Below are positions 41,551 to 54,468 of a stretch of DNA of 64,000 bases, one piece after another (within the stretch, counting starts at the first letter, position 1; each line of letters opens with the position of its first letter). Both the position numbers and the translations under genes were made by a program. A model generated the notes under the pieces. The model made no database searches, was not told the DNA's origin, and was given only the letters and a program-made list of their open reading frames with translations. Source of the stretch: Octopus vulgaris (lineage: Eukaryota); contig OX597816.1 of the NCBI GenBank assembly GCA_951406725.2, forward strand, positions 149,358,001 through 149,422,000, given 5' to 3'.

Positions 41551-41744
41551 GAGAGAGAGAGAGTGAGTGAAAGGAGACAAAGGGAAAGAGGGAGAGAGAC
41601 TGAAGTGCAAGAACGTTGATAGAGTTATGCCAGAAAACACCGGATGTCTGCAAACAAAAAAATCCTGAAGTGCGACATACACTTGCAACGAATAAAAGAT
41701 ATTAACAAATTATAAAAAAAAAAAAACGTTACCTGATACTGCAC

Positions 41745-42160
41745 CAGTTGACACTGCAGAAGTCGGTGCTTGCTGGATGCAGTTGCGTGAGACAGTCTAC
41801 GAAATAGCAGTTGCCTCGGTCGGCTTTCCCAAACGGCAGCCTGCTGACTAATTTGATGAAAGTGATGTGAAGAAGGAACAGCTGTTACCTGAAAAACGAA
41901 AGTAGCACTCAGCTGTTCTAAATGGAGGAGGTACTAGCTGACTCAAAAACGCGAATGCCTTGCTCCAAAAAAAGTTCAACTGTTGAAAGATCGATGGTGG
42001 GATCAGAAGGCGAATAAAATATAGGCTCTTGCTTGATTTTCAGAATGTGAAGGTATCTTTCACTCGTATGAGTGAAATTACGGTCTAGAAAGAGGTGTTT
42101 AGCATCAATGAAGAGTAAAGATGGTTCATACTTCTGCACCAAGAAAAGCGAGGAGCTGTC
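41745..42160 (+). mobile_element. RTE LINE fragment (endonuclease-RT linker)
   Basis: WMQLRETVYEIAVASVGFPKRQPAD*FDESD...LKDRWWDQKANKI...MKSKDGS. Confidence 0.8.
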
Positions 42161-42519
42161 GCTGGAAGTGGAGAAGCTCATAAATAAGAGAAAAACCGAT
42201 GTACAGATCCTGGGGTTAACAACTTACCCATGAAAACCTAGGTGAGGAGGAAGTACTGCGCTGCAGACTTCTCCAATGGATGGTGGGTTATTGAACTTAT
42301 CTAGGCAAATATCCTTAAGGAAGTACTGGGATATGTGTATCCACGAACTTTACTGATGACTCAGCTCTTGAAGCTCTTATCTTTAGCAGATAGATACCTA
42401 GAAAATTGCTCAATATTTTGAACGTGCTACAACAGCCTTAGGTCGGTCAATAAATGTAAAAACAATAAAGTCTTGTATCAACCTTAACCTGGTGTACTGA
42501 GATATGAACCTCCGACTGC

Positions 42520-43260
42520 AAATTAGCTCCTAGGTGCGGCAAAGCTTATATATTTGAGCAGTAATATTTCTGAAGACATCAGGACACAAGGGTGGCTCGC
42601 CGTATACAGGATGCTGGAAATACTTTTGGGGAACTCAACGATCGACTGTAGAAGTAATGGGGTATAAAAATGATATTGAAAGACAAAGTGTACCAAATAG
42701 AAGTACATTCCTGTTTGTTGTGTTTTGGCGAGACCATATTGACGACACGTCAAAAAGTAGATGAATTGCCGGAGATGAATTTCCACCATCTCCGCTCTTG
42801 GATGGTTGATGAGAAAGTCGGTACATTCCCATATAACCGTTGTTTTATAGGGTGCCCCCCTCCCCCAAGAGATGTTGAGCACTACAACATTCTGGTGTAG
42901 GCACCGTCCAGCATGCACCTGTGTCTCTTAGTGAGAGTCTAAGTCGGGGATCCATATACAAGCACACATCCAACAACTGCTCTGAAGAACTGTCTCTTCA
43001 ATTTATCTGGGTTGACTTCCATATTGTTCTAAGACCGTCTGTAGTTGCCCAAACCTAGATTTGATATCTTTTTCAGTTGGCACGATATTGCTGCCTAGGT
43101 AAGTAAACTTGCTCACATTCTTCGAGGGCTTCTGTTTGATGGTCTTGATTTCACCTGTTGTGTCAGGGGGTTAAACTCTGTCTTCTTTTCATTCACATAT
43201 AGTTCTGTTAGCAGCAGCATTTTCCAGGAGATGGAGTAAATGTTCAGCATCTTTTGTGTC
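42520..43260 (-). mobile_element. RTE LINE C-terminal fragment
   Basis: KRQFFRAVVGCVLVYGSPT*TLTKRHRCMLDGAYTRML. Confidence 0.75.
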
Positions 43261-43346
43261 AATATTAATCCTTTCTAATTTTGGTGCTAGGCCAGCAATT
43301 TCGGTGGGCATTAATACCTACGGAAACGTGGTTCGATCGTTTAAAC

Positions 43347-43545
43347 TTGGTTGGTGTATAACTAAATAGCGGTATACGTCATTGTAAATTTCTTCAATAT
43401 TCCCCATCAAATACTCCGGTCGAAAGTTCTAGAACGTTGATAGAATGTTATAAAAGCTGGAATATTGGACTTCCAAAACAGAACGGCCCTAGGCATTACA
43501 CAGAACTCTTTCGATCAGTTTTCTGAAAAAGTGTTCTCACTTTTT
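43347..43545 (+). mobile_element. Possible truncated mariner 5' end
   Basis: TIR-like TTGGTTGGTGTATAACTAAATAGCGG, TTCTAGAA, TATAAAAG and TCAGTT; no partner TIR found. Confidence 0.4.
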
Positions 43546-43981
43546 CTTTTTATTCTGTCTTTAATGACCGTAAGTAATTTTTCATATATATATAACTAAA
43601 TTATTTTATGCAATGAAGACTTAAAACTATCACAATCCTTATCTTTTGAACGATGCTGTATTCAAATGTTTTACGTACTTAAATGCAAATGTTCGAGGTA
43701 ATAAAAATATAAAATACAGGATCATATACAAATATTTGTATACCTTCACACACATCCTGCTTAATATTATACCCTACTAAAGATGACTGAATAAGAGCCA
43801 CTAGAATGATGACCCCACCCCACTAACCGCACACACACACACACACATGTATGTATGTATGTATGTGTATGTATAAAAATTCTCAATTAATTTCTTGTTT
43901 ACTTAAAAGATTAGGACGTTTTCACGTCCTTTTAATTTTCACAGCCAAGGCTTTCAAAAATACAATTAGAATTATTTACAT

Positions 43982-44220
43982 CAGGAGTTCCCAACTACTT
44001 GTTGCAGACCAGTATCGGGCCGCGCAGAATGAATAATTTATTTTATTTTATTTCTATTTTATTGACTATCACAATCTTCATAATGTATCTATCATATATG
44101 TAATATTTATGCTATTTATTATGCACTTCGTTGTGTTTTACTATGCGCAATCCCCTGGTCTGTGAGAAAATTATCTTGCATAAAAACCGGTCGGTGGTGC
44201 AAAAAGGATTAGAACAGCTG
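43982..44220. mobile_element. hAT-Charlie-type MITE
   Basis: CAGGAGTTCCCAAC...AGAACAGCTG; 8-bp TSD ATTTACAT / ATCTACAT. Confidence 0.8.
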
Positions 44221-44281
44221 ATCTACATTATACATGTTTCACACACGCACACACACATGCACATATACATGCACACACATG

Positions 44282-44358
<77 letters not shown>

Positions 44359-44361
<3 letters not shown>

Positions 44362-45116
44362 AGATAAGAAAATGGAGAAATACATCTAAATCAAATATCA
44401 ATTACCAGATAATAATCAATCACATACTTTATTAAACCATCACATAAGAGACTGTAGGGTTAAATATAAAAAGCAGAACAAATCAGTGTACATAAAGGAA
44501 TTTACATAAAAAAGTGTACATAAAAGAGTAATGTTGTATAATAAGTAGAATATATATAAAAGAGAATATAATCTCCGAAGAGGCCTTATGATATTTTTGT
44601 AAATGTCTCATTTATATCTATATATTGACCTACCATAAAAGGCTAATATTGGTAAAATGAGACATACTTATCTACATGGCCGAAACAGCTGTAAGATGTA
44701 ATCTATACTTATGTTTATATTTACTTATATTTATATTCTCTTTTATATATATTCTACTTATTATACAACATTACTCTTTTATGTACACTTTTTTATGTAC
44801 ATTCCTTTATGTACACTGATTTGTTCTGCTTTTTATATTTAACCCTACAGTCTCTTATGTGGTGGTTTAATAAAGTATGTGATTGAGTATTATCTGGTAA
44901 TTGATATTTGATTTAGATGTATTTCTCCATTTTCTTATCTTGTATTAGTAATTTGTGGTAAATCATTTTACCTTTGCCCATATAATACAGTAAATGAATT
45001 GATTGCATCGCAATCATTAACATTTATGTATTAACTTTGTTGGGCACTTCACTAGCAGTATATTGGATACATGTTATCCCATGGAGGGTTGCATTTACAA
45101 CCCCTATCTCAATTTG
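44359..45116. mobile_element. Fold-back element with a hammerhead in the spacer, flanked by (TA)n
   Basis: 44359-44571 is the near-perfect reverse complement of 44731-44944; plus copy continues to (TA)n at 45117. Confidence 0.9.
44571..44697 (+). ncRNA. Type I hammerhead with about 100-nt stem II domain and U4C core variant
   Basis: ATCT-CCGAAGA-GGCC...ATGTCTCATTT...AAATGAGACAT...GGCC-GAAAC-AGCT-GTA-AGAT; palindromic ACAGCTGT. Confidence 0.85.
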
Positions 45117-45136
45117 TATATATATATATATATATA

Positions 45137-45339
45137 GTATGTGACCTCGTGAATATTACCTGCAATTTTCTTTTCCTCTGTCCTCCCGTCTCGGGATCTT
45201 TCTTTCTCCTATGTTTCCGACGAAGAGCTCCGCTCGAAACGTCAAACCCTCCTTCTTCCCTTCTTTCCTGAGCGTCCAATAATACTTTATTTGTTCGACA
45301 TCCTTGCGTTGTTGTCTTTTTGTTTTCTTGTTTGGATTA

Positions 45340-45344
<5 letters not shown>
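45137..45344 (+). mobile_element. Short hammerhead-bearing repeat; ribozyme at 45213-45247
   Basis: GTTT-CCGACGA-A-GAGC tcc GCTC-GAAAC-GTC-AAAC; ends TTTGGATTAACTT then (TA)n. Confidence 0.85.
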
Positions 45345-45401
<57 letters not shown>

Positions 45402-45431
45402 TATACACACACACATACACACACACACACT

Positions 45432-45484
<53 letters not shown>

Positions 45485-45751
45485 CACTTGTTCCCCCTTG
45501 GATTCTCTGATGTCAGTTCGTGTGTTAGTATTTCAGAGCGATCTGTAGAAAAACTTGAGTAATTACTTGCTTAAAGCCTACCAGCTCTCCTGCTGGGTCC
45601 CAAAAGATCCGGTTACTTTCTTTTCTTTTTTTTCTTTTCAGTAACAAAGCTATGATAGATACGCAAATCACCTCATTCGACACAGCACTACATACAAATA
45701 CATTCCCTCGCGCGCAGACACACTCATTTTTTTAAATACACACGCGCACAC

Positions 45752-45753
<2 letters not shown>

Positions 45754-45782
<29 letters not shown>

Positions 45783-45971
45783 TGTATGTATGTATGTATG
45801 TATGTATGTATGTATGTGTTTTTGTATGTTTGTATGTATGTATGCATGTATGTATGTATGTATGTATGTATGTATGCATGCATGCATGCATGTATGTATG
45901 TATCTATCTATGTATGTATGAGTATATATATATATATATATTTGAAATACAAACACATGTCTGTAAGTATG

Positions 45972-46010
<39 letters not shown>

Positions 46011-46102
46011 TTTATTTAAAGCAGCAGAAAGCATATTACTCTACCACTGGTATTTGAGTACTCTTTTTTCCACCTTGTTTCACATTTATGTGTTTACTCC
46101 GG

Positions 46103-46134
<32 letters not shown>

Positions 46135-46174
46135 CTTACATATATGTATGTATGTATATATATGTGTTTGTATA

Positions 46175-46225
<51 letters not shown>

Positions 46226-46527
46226 ATATATATGTGTGTGTATATATATGTGTGTGTGTGTATATATATATGTGTGTGTGTGTATATATATATATATAAA
46301 TATATTGTCTGTAAAAAAACATAAATCCGAAAGAAGCTGCACACTAGAATATAACGCAGAATATATCAAATATGGTGAAGGCCGGTTTATGGAATTACCT
46401 TAGGTTTCTTGTCTATAAAGGGTTTAGCTTTATGACGTATCGTCAGATAGCAAAATCTGTTCTGACGATACGTCATAAAGCTAAACCCTTTATGGACGGG
46501 AAACCTAAGGTAATCCATAAACCGGCC

Positions 46528-46594
<67 letters not shown>

Positions 46595-46705
46595 GTATAT
46601 ATATGTATGTATGTATATATATATGTATGTATGTATATATATATGTATGTATGTATATATATATGTATGTATGTATATATATATGTATGTATGTATATAT
46701 ATATG

Positions 46706-46740
<35 letters not shown>

Positions 46741-46888
46741 GTATGTATGTATGTATATATATATGTATGTATGTATGTATGTATATATATATGTATGTAT
46801 GTATGTATATATATATGTATGTATGTATGTATATTTATATATGTATAAGTATGTATGTATATGTATATATGTATGTGTGTATATATAT

Positions 46889-46928
<40 letters not shown>

Positions 46929-46956
46929 ATGTATGTGTGTATATATATGTGTGTGT

Positions 46957-47009
<53 letters not shown>

Positions 47010-47010
47010 G
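45754..47010. repeat. Compound (TATG)n/(TA)n/(TG)n microsatellite field hosting short insertions
   Basis: Seen directly. Confidence 0.95.
46283..46530. mobile_element. Small fold-back element with hammerhead cores in both arms
   Basis: Arms 46380-46447 / 46461-46527; plus CTGACGA-TA-CGTCATAAAG..CTTTATGGACG-G-GAAAC-CTAAG-GTA. Confidence 0.8.
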
Positions 47011-47056
47011 CACACACAGTTGTAAATTGTAAAACACAACTGTCATCACTACTACA

Positions 47057-47101
47057 TGAACCTGAAGATTGCATAGTTTAATGCATGAAAGTACTAGCTC
47101 A
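47057..47101 (+). ncRNA. Minimal type I hammerhead (CUA site)
   Basis: TGAAC-CTGAAGA-TTGCAT agttta ATGCAT-GAA-AGTACT-A-GCTCA; palindromic AGTACT, one mismatch in stem I. Confidence 0.75.
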
Positions 47102-47264
47102 ATCAGAATGGACATTTAATATTCTATCATTTCATTATATTATATTATATTATATTATATTATATTATTAGAAGATTGTAAATAAAACGTGAAAATCAAA
47201 GTTGGAATTTCTTTGTGTAATATACTCTTCTATACAGTCATACACACCCGTGTATATCTATCAT

Positions 47265-47369
<105 letters not shown>

Positions 47370-47536
47370 ATCTATGTATGTATGTATGTATGTATGTATG
47401 TATATGTATATATATCCTACCCTCTACCCAACCATACACCCATCCAACCTTCCATCTATTCAGCCAGCTAGCCGATCTATCTATCTATCTCTATATATAA
47501 TTAAATTCTTTTTAAAGTTTTAACACCTTTTTCTTA

Positions 47537-47940
47537 CTCTTTTACTTGTTTCAGTCATTTGACTGCGGCCATGCTGGAGCACCGCCTTTAATCGAGCAAC
47601 TCGACCCCGGGACTTATTATTTTGTAAGCCCAGTACTTATTCTATCGGTCTCTTTTGCCGAACCTATAAGTAACGGGGACTTAAACACACCAGCATCGGT
47701 TGTCAAGCATTGCTAGGGGACAAACAGACACACAAACACACACACACGCATATATATATATATATATACATATATACGACGGGCTTCTTTCAGTTTCCGT
47801 CTACCAAATCCACTCACAAGGCTTTGGTCGGCCCGAGGCTATAGTAGAAGACACTTGCCCAAGGTGCCACGCAGTGGGACTGAACCCGGAACCATGTGGC
47901 TGGTAGACAAGCTACTTACCACACAGCCACTCCTGCGCCT
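47537..47940 (-). mobile_element. SINE family A, most intact copy
   Basis: Complete head to tail with CpGs retained; CCTTTTTCTT at both flanks. Confidence 0.92.
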
Positions 47941-48009
47941 TTTTCTTCTCTATCTTTGTTGAGTTTATGTAGGATATGTGTTCTACAGATGCTCATAATA
48001 CACCTTATA

Positions 48010-48052
<43 letters not shown>

Positions 48053-48085
48053 GTCTGTGAGTATGTATGTATGTATGTATGTATG

Positions 48086-48117
<32 letters not shown>

Positions 48118-48123
48118 TGTATG

Positions 48124-48186
<63 letters not shown>

Positions 48187-48624
48187 TACACTCTACCCAA
48201 CCATACACCCATCCAACCTTCCATCTATTCAGCCAGCTAGCCAATTAGTCATGCATACATATATTCACAGATATACGCGCAGTCGTAAACACAGAAATAT
48301 TCAGACGTGGACCTGTTGACATATCCCATCCATCCATTCATATGACAAACACGTATTTCAACATACATAAATACCAAGTGAGAAACATGCATACTTTAAA
48401 ACTTGTGCAGCGGTAGTTGTGTGTACTTACGTATTGGAAACACAGCCACATATGTAATACAAAACGCACAAATATATTCACACTCGATAAACCACGTTAT
48501 ACCGACACATTTCTTTACTCATACATGTCAAAAAAGTATTTATATTGACACATGTACACTCCCATATTCGCTCCATACATATCTATCGCTACATATCTAT
48601 CTTCGCATGCGCGCATGCAGGCAC

Positions 48625-48661
<37 letters not shown>

Positions 48662-49648
48662 ATCATAATCAAATATCACAGACACGCTCTTACACACTTC
48701 TCACAAACAATCATACGTACAATCGTAAACACAGAAACATACAGGCACATACATAAATACATACATACATACATACATACATACATACATACATACATAC
48801 ATACATACATACATACATACATACATACATACATACATACATACATACATACATCGTCTAGTCATAGAACGAAGGGCAGCGACTGCTCTTTATAATTTTT
48901 CAGGATCTCCGAGATTTATCGGAGAAAAGGAGGAAGATATTTTCACGCACTGGAACATGGTCTGAAAACTTGCAACGGCGTGAACTCCGCTAAAGGTAGC
49001 CAAGTACAGGGCGGGCTTGTTAAACCGGGTGACGGATGAAGCCAAACAACTGAGAACAAGAACAGCAATGAACCGGAACAAATACCACACGGTATGTCGT
49101 CTGGCGGCGATCTAACAATTCAGTCCTTAAGGGCTGAAAGGCAAAGTTGCCCCCGGCTGGATGTAAATCCAGAGTGGTGAAATACCGCAGGGTACGTTTA
49201 GTCATTTTACATATATATACATACATACATACATACATACATACATACATACATACATACCCATCCATCCATCCATACATACATACAGACAGACATAAGT
49301 ACATACATACGTTTATACATACTAGCGTAAAGATATGCATACTCTCGCACTTACGTAGGTAGTCTGCTCACCAGTAAACCCAGGAGCTACATACATACAG
49401 TAACGCTCTCAGGGAACTTAAGTTTTGAGTCGGCTGACTTTCTTTTGGACTTCTAAGCAAACAAACGTCAGGGATACGGAGAAAATACTGTCATGTCACA
49501 ATTCGTAACAGAAAAAGCGAATTTCGTAGGTAAAAGGTGAGTGAATTCACGGTGTTTAACTGATAGTTTTTCCTCGACATTGAGTTTTTGTTTTCAATTC
49601 ATCTTTCCGCCGTGTTTGCCAGTTGTTTAATTTTCTGTCTGCTCGACT

Positions 49649-49815
<167 letters not shown>

Positions 49816-49994
49816 TTCGTAGAGGTTGTGTTTGTTTATAAATGAAGATACAAGTACACGCTTATTAACTATACATAAACACTATGTAAACGTGAAAACA
49901 TGTTATGAGATAGAGCGAAACTCATTTGTGTCTGTTTACACTTGATTTACACACACACACATATATGTACGTGTGTATATATACACATATATAG

Positions 49995-50027
<33 letters not shown>

Positions 50028-50036
50028 ATATATATA

Positions 50037-50077
<41 letters not shown>

Positions 50078-50598
50078 ATACATTATTTACATATGAATGC
50101 ATGTGTGTGATTACAAATATGTACGTGTGTATATATGTATGCATGTGTATATGTATGTAGGCATATATAAACAATAATTTTGTATTGAATAAACACTCAC
50201 TTTTAGGCTCGCTAGGTTTTTATCCCTCCGCAAGCAGAAGCAGTGGAGTCCTTTGACTATTTTGTAGACTTCAATTAGAATAGCCATACTCATCTTCATG
50301 TAGGCATTCTTTCTCTGACAAAATTTTAAGAAGACCAGAAACTACTCTGAGATCGATACACATTTTCTGTCCACGAAGAGATAATATTTGTGGCGTAATC
50401 AGTGTAAAATTGTATGATTATCAAAAAAGGTATACTTTACTTTTAATTTTTTTCAAAAACGTTATATGGTACATTGTGAATTTAATTGTTTAATGCATAT
50501 TATCAGTACGTGGAGTTTTATGTAAATTAGACTGATCAATTTAGCTAAGTCCTAGGTTGTTTATATATGCTAAAAAGCCACAAATCTCTCCGTGGATA

Positions 50599-50658
50599 GA
50601 TGATATCCTTTCTCTGATGAAGGTCTAAGAAAACTCGAAACTGGTTAGATTGGCATCA
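50599..50658 (+). ncRNA. Minimal type I hammerhead motif
   Basis: TCT-CTGATGA-AGGT ctaagaaa ACTC-GAAAC-TG-GTT-AGA; possible distal stem I GATATC/GGCATC. Confidence 0.7.
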
Positions 50659-50919
50659 ATTTATCTCTGTTTGCAATAGTGTTTATTGTTGAACCGCTAA
50701 GTTACGGGGACGTAAGCACACCCACACCGGTTGTCAAGCGGTGGTGGTAGACAAATACGCAAATACATGAACCATACATACATACATACATACATACATA
50801 CATACATACATACATACATACATACATACATACATACATACATACATACATACATGCATGCATGCATGCATATATATATATATACATGCATGCATGCATA
50901 TATATATATATATATATTT

Positions 50920-50953
<34 letters not shown>

Positions 50954-50955
<2 letters not shown>

Positions 50956-51258
50956 GCGTAATGGCCCAGTGGTTAGGGCAGCGGACTCGCGGTCGTTGGA
51001 TCGCGGTTTCGATTCCCAGACCGGTCGTTGTGAGTGTTTATTGAGCGAAAACACCTAAAAGCTCCACGAGGCTCCGGCAGGGGGTGGTGGCGATCCCTGC
51101 TGTACTCTTTCGCCACAACTTTCTCCCACTCTTTCTTCTGTTGGCCTGCTCGCTTAGCCAGCGGGGTGGCGTCATTCGAAGGCTAAAACAATGCGAACGC
51201 ATTGTGACCAGCGATGTGTAGCAACATCTGATAGCCTGGTCGGTCACGGTGATCACGG
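50954..51258 (+). mobile_element. tRNA-headed SINE family C, full length
   Basis: GGCGTAATGGCCCAGTGGTTAGGGC (A box)...GGTTTCGATTCCC (B box); tail (TCACGGTGA)x2. Confidence 0.88.
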
Positions 51259-51259
51259 T

Positions 51260-51260
51260 G

Positions 51261-51339
<79 letters not shown>

Positions 51340-51380
51340 TATATACACACAACACACACACATACACACACATATATAAA

Positions 51381-51423
<43 letters not shown>

Positions 51424-51537
51424 CACACATATATATATATATATATATATACATACACACACACATATATATATATATATATACATACACACACAAAATA
51501 TATATATATATATACACACACACACATATATATATAT

Positions 51538-51625
<88 letters not shown>

Positions 51626-51630
51626 TATAC
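51260..51630. repeat. Compound (TA)n/(CA)n microsatellite
   Basis: Seen directly. Confidence 0.97.
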
Positions 51631-51907
51631 ATCTTTGCTGGCAAAAAAAAAACATTAGCACGCCGGGCGAAATGCTTAACGGTATTTCGTCTGTCGTTAC
51701 GTTGTGAGTTCAAATTCCGCCGGGGTCGATAAATTAAGTACCAGTTACGCATAGGGGTCGATGTAATCGACTTAATACCTATGTCTGTCCTTGTTTGTCC
51801 CCTCTGTGTTTAGCCCCCTTCTTCCCTTCTTTCCTGAGCGTCCAATAATACTTTATTTGTTCCACGTCCTTGCGTTGTTGTGTATTTTTGTTTTCTTGTT
51901 TGGATTA

Positions 51908-51950
<43 letters not shown>

Positions 51951-52970
51951 GACGGGCCTCTTTCAGCATCTGTCTACCAAATCCACTAACAAGGTTGTGT
52001 TCGGCCCGAGACTACAATAGACCCTTGTCCAAGATGCCACGCAGTGGGATTGAACCCGGGTTCATGTGGTTGAGAAGTCACGCCTGCACCTACATAGATA
52101 CATACACACATGTGCGAGAGAAAAAGGAAGAGAGAGAGGGAGTGCAGGTGTATATGCATGTATCAGTATATCTGTATATGTCTTTATGAATATGTATTAT
52201 ATAAATGTATTATGTAAATAGTGTTATATAAATAGTGTTATTTTCAGACGTATATAAACTAAAACTGGCAAACATCACTCTCATATACACTCGTATGCGT
52301 ATTAAAATTGGGCGTACTACCAGTTCATACATTCTTTCAAATACATATACGCATTTGATACTCTTCGCAAACATTTGTACACAATATATACGTACACATG
52401 TTCTCACCAACAAAGGTATTCGTATATGCTCATACATATAAACCATACACTTTAATAATAGTAAGAGGCTACATGCGAAGCATCATCAATCATACCATCA
52501 GTGATATGTACAAATGTGTGTGTGTGTGTGTGTGTGTGTGTATACATGAGGACCTCCAACACCAGTCTCTACTACTACCACCGGTATTCATCTCCCATTA
52601 CGATGAGGGAGCTTCTACGCAGTTGCTCAATATAGGAGCCAAATCTTTACTGTCTCTAAAACTAGAGTTGTTGTTTATCCTTGACTGGATATGTGATCAG
52701 AGGTGCTCCAGCCATGACCAGTTCGTCTCTCTTGCGCACTGCATATCTACAATTAAATTATACAACTTGCGAGATGTTAGGGTAATATTTGAGGGAGTTG
52801 TGACTGTTGTTTATGGTAGGTTAAGCAACTACGTAAAGGCTCCTTCATTTATTCGTTAAAACTAAGGTTTTCTACGTCGATACTCGACCCCTTATATATG
52901 ACCATCAACAAATAGCTAGTTTTAAAACGGGGATTTTAACTTTTAAATCGTAGGACAACGTGGTCTACGA

Positions 52971-53283
52971 CAGTGGTTCCCAAAGTGGGTGGTGTTGCCC
53001 CTCCTGGGGGGTGGGTGGAAAGTTCCAAGGGGGCGTTGAAGAAAAGTGAGGTGATAATAGAGTAGCGATGCATGTAAAAAGTGGGGCGATAATGGGGTAG
53101 CGATTCATGTAAAAACAACAAAAAGATGGGTTCTTTAGGTCAAGTTTTATTTGTGAAATACAGTTGATATAAATTTGCTTCAGGAAGAGGTCTTTGTTTG
53201 TGATGGTTATTTGGGACGGGGGCGCTTAGAATGTAGCCTGGGTGTCAAGAGGCGTCAGCCAGAAAAAAGTTTGAGAACCACTG
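52971..53283. mobile_element. hAT-Charlie-type MITE
   Basis: TIR CAGTGGTTCCCAAA / TTTGAGAACCACTG; 8-bp TSD GTCTACGA / GTCTACAA. Confidence 0.9.
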
Positions 53284-53889
53284 GTCTACAATAAAGATAG
53301 GATGACTACGATAAAAACGTTGATCAAGTGTTTACAGCTACAACTGTCGAAGTGTTGTACCACACAGGACAAGTTAATTGTACTAGTGGAAAAGGACCTG
53401 TGAACAAGCTCCTAGGAGCTTCAACACGGAAGCCATCCAGTAATGTCCAGTAAAGTAAAGACAACAAACTAAATTCGGTTATGAAGTTGAAGATAGACTA
53501 TCATTTTAGTATAGACTTGATAAATATCGATATCTAACGTAAAGACGAGACCGCGATTATTATAATTATTTGTAAGGAAAATGTAGCCTTCTGTTATAAA
53601 TCCTTCCAGGTTTAGAAAGCTTTGCAGGAATATTAGGGGAATATTAGTCGATTAAATCGGCGCAGTACCTCACTAATGAAAAGAGGTAAAGTTGATCATG
53701 GTGGGATTCGAAATCAGAATGTAAAGAGAGATAACTAAATACTGCAAGCATCCGACGTTTTATCAATTCTACCAACCCACCGCCCTCAAATTATGAAAGA
53801 ATATATTGCAAACATCAGCTTAGTTGCTAGTATTCCGCACCTGCACCCGTAAAGTTTTGAATCTGATTGGTTAGGGATTCATTAGCATC

Positions 53890-54468
53890 AGGAGCTGGCA
53901 GGATCGTTAGCACACTGGGTGAAATGCTTAGCAGTATTTCGTCTGGTGCTACGTTCTGAGTTCAAATTCCACCGAGGTCGACTTTGCCTTTCATCCTTTC
54001 GGGGTCAATAAATTAAGTACCAGTTACGCACTGGGGTCGATATAATCGACTTATCCGTTTGTCTGTCCCTGTTTGTCCTCTCTGTGTTTAGCCCCTTGTG
54101 GGTAGTAAAGAAATTGGTATTTCGTCTGCCGCTACGTTCTCAGTTCAAATTCCGCCGAGGTCGACTTTGCCTTTGATCCTTTCGGGGTCGATTAAATACG
54201 TACCAGTTACGCACTGGGTCGATATAATCCGTTTGTCCTTGTTTGTCCTCCGTGTTTAGCCCTTTGTGGGTAGTAAAGAAATAGGTATTTCGTCTGCCGT
54301 TACGTTCTGAGTTCAAATTCCGCCGTGGTTGACTTTGCCTTTCATCCTTTCGGGGTCGATAAATTTAGTACCAGTTACATACTGGGGTCGATGTACTCGA
54401 CTTAATCCCTTTGTCTGTCCTTGTTTGTCCCCTCTATGTTTAACCCCTTGTGTGCAATAAAGAAATAA
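53890..54468 (+). mobile_element. SINE family B followed by two tandem head-truncated units
   Basis: GTATTTCGTCTG...TAAAGAAAT unit of about 175 bp occurs three times. Confidence 0.9.

Noticed and set aside
50170-50400. Possible GIY-YIG C-terminal remnant upstream of the 50614 hammerhead
   Set aside because: Only faint FCRL..LE and CP fragments; too degraded to call
50954-51025. tRNA gene-like sequence
   Set aside because: No paired acceptor stem or terminator; continues into a SINE body
53930-54468. CRISPR-like or satellite array
   Set aside because: Units are SINE bodies with no unique spacers, in eukaryotic context
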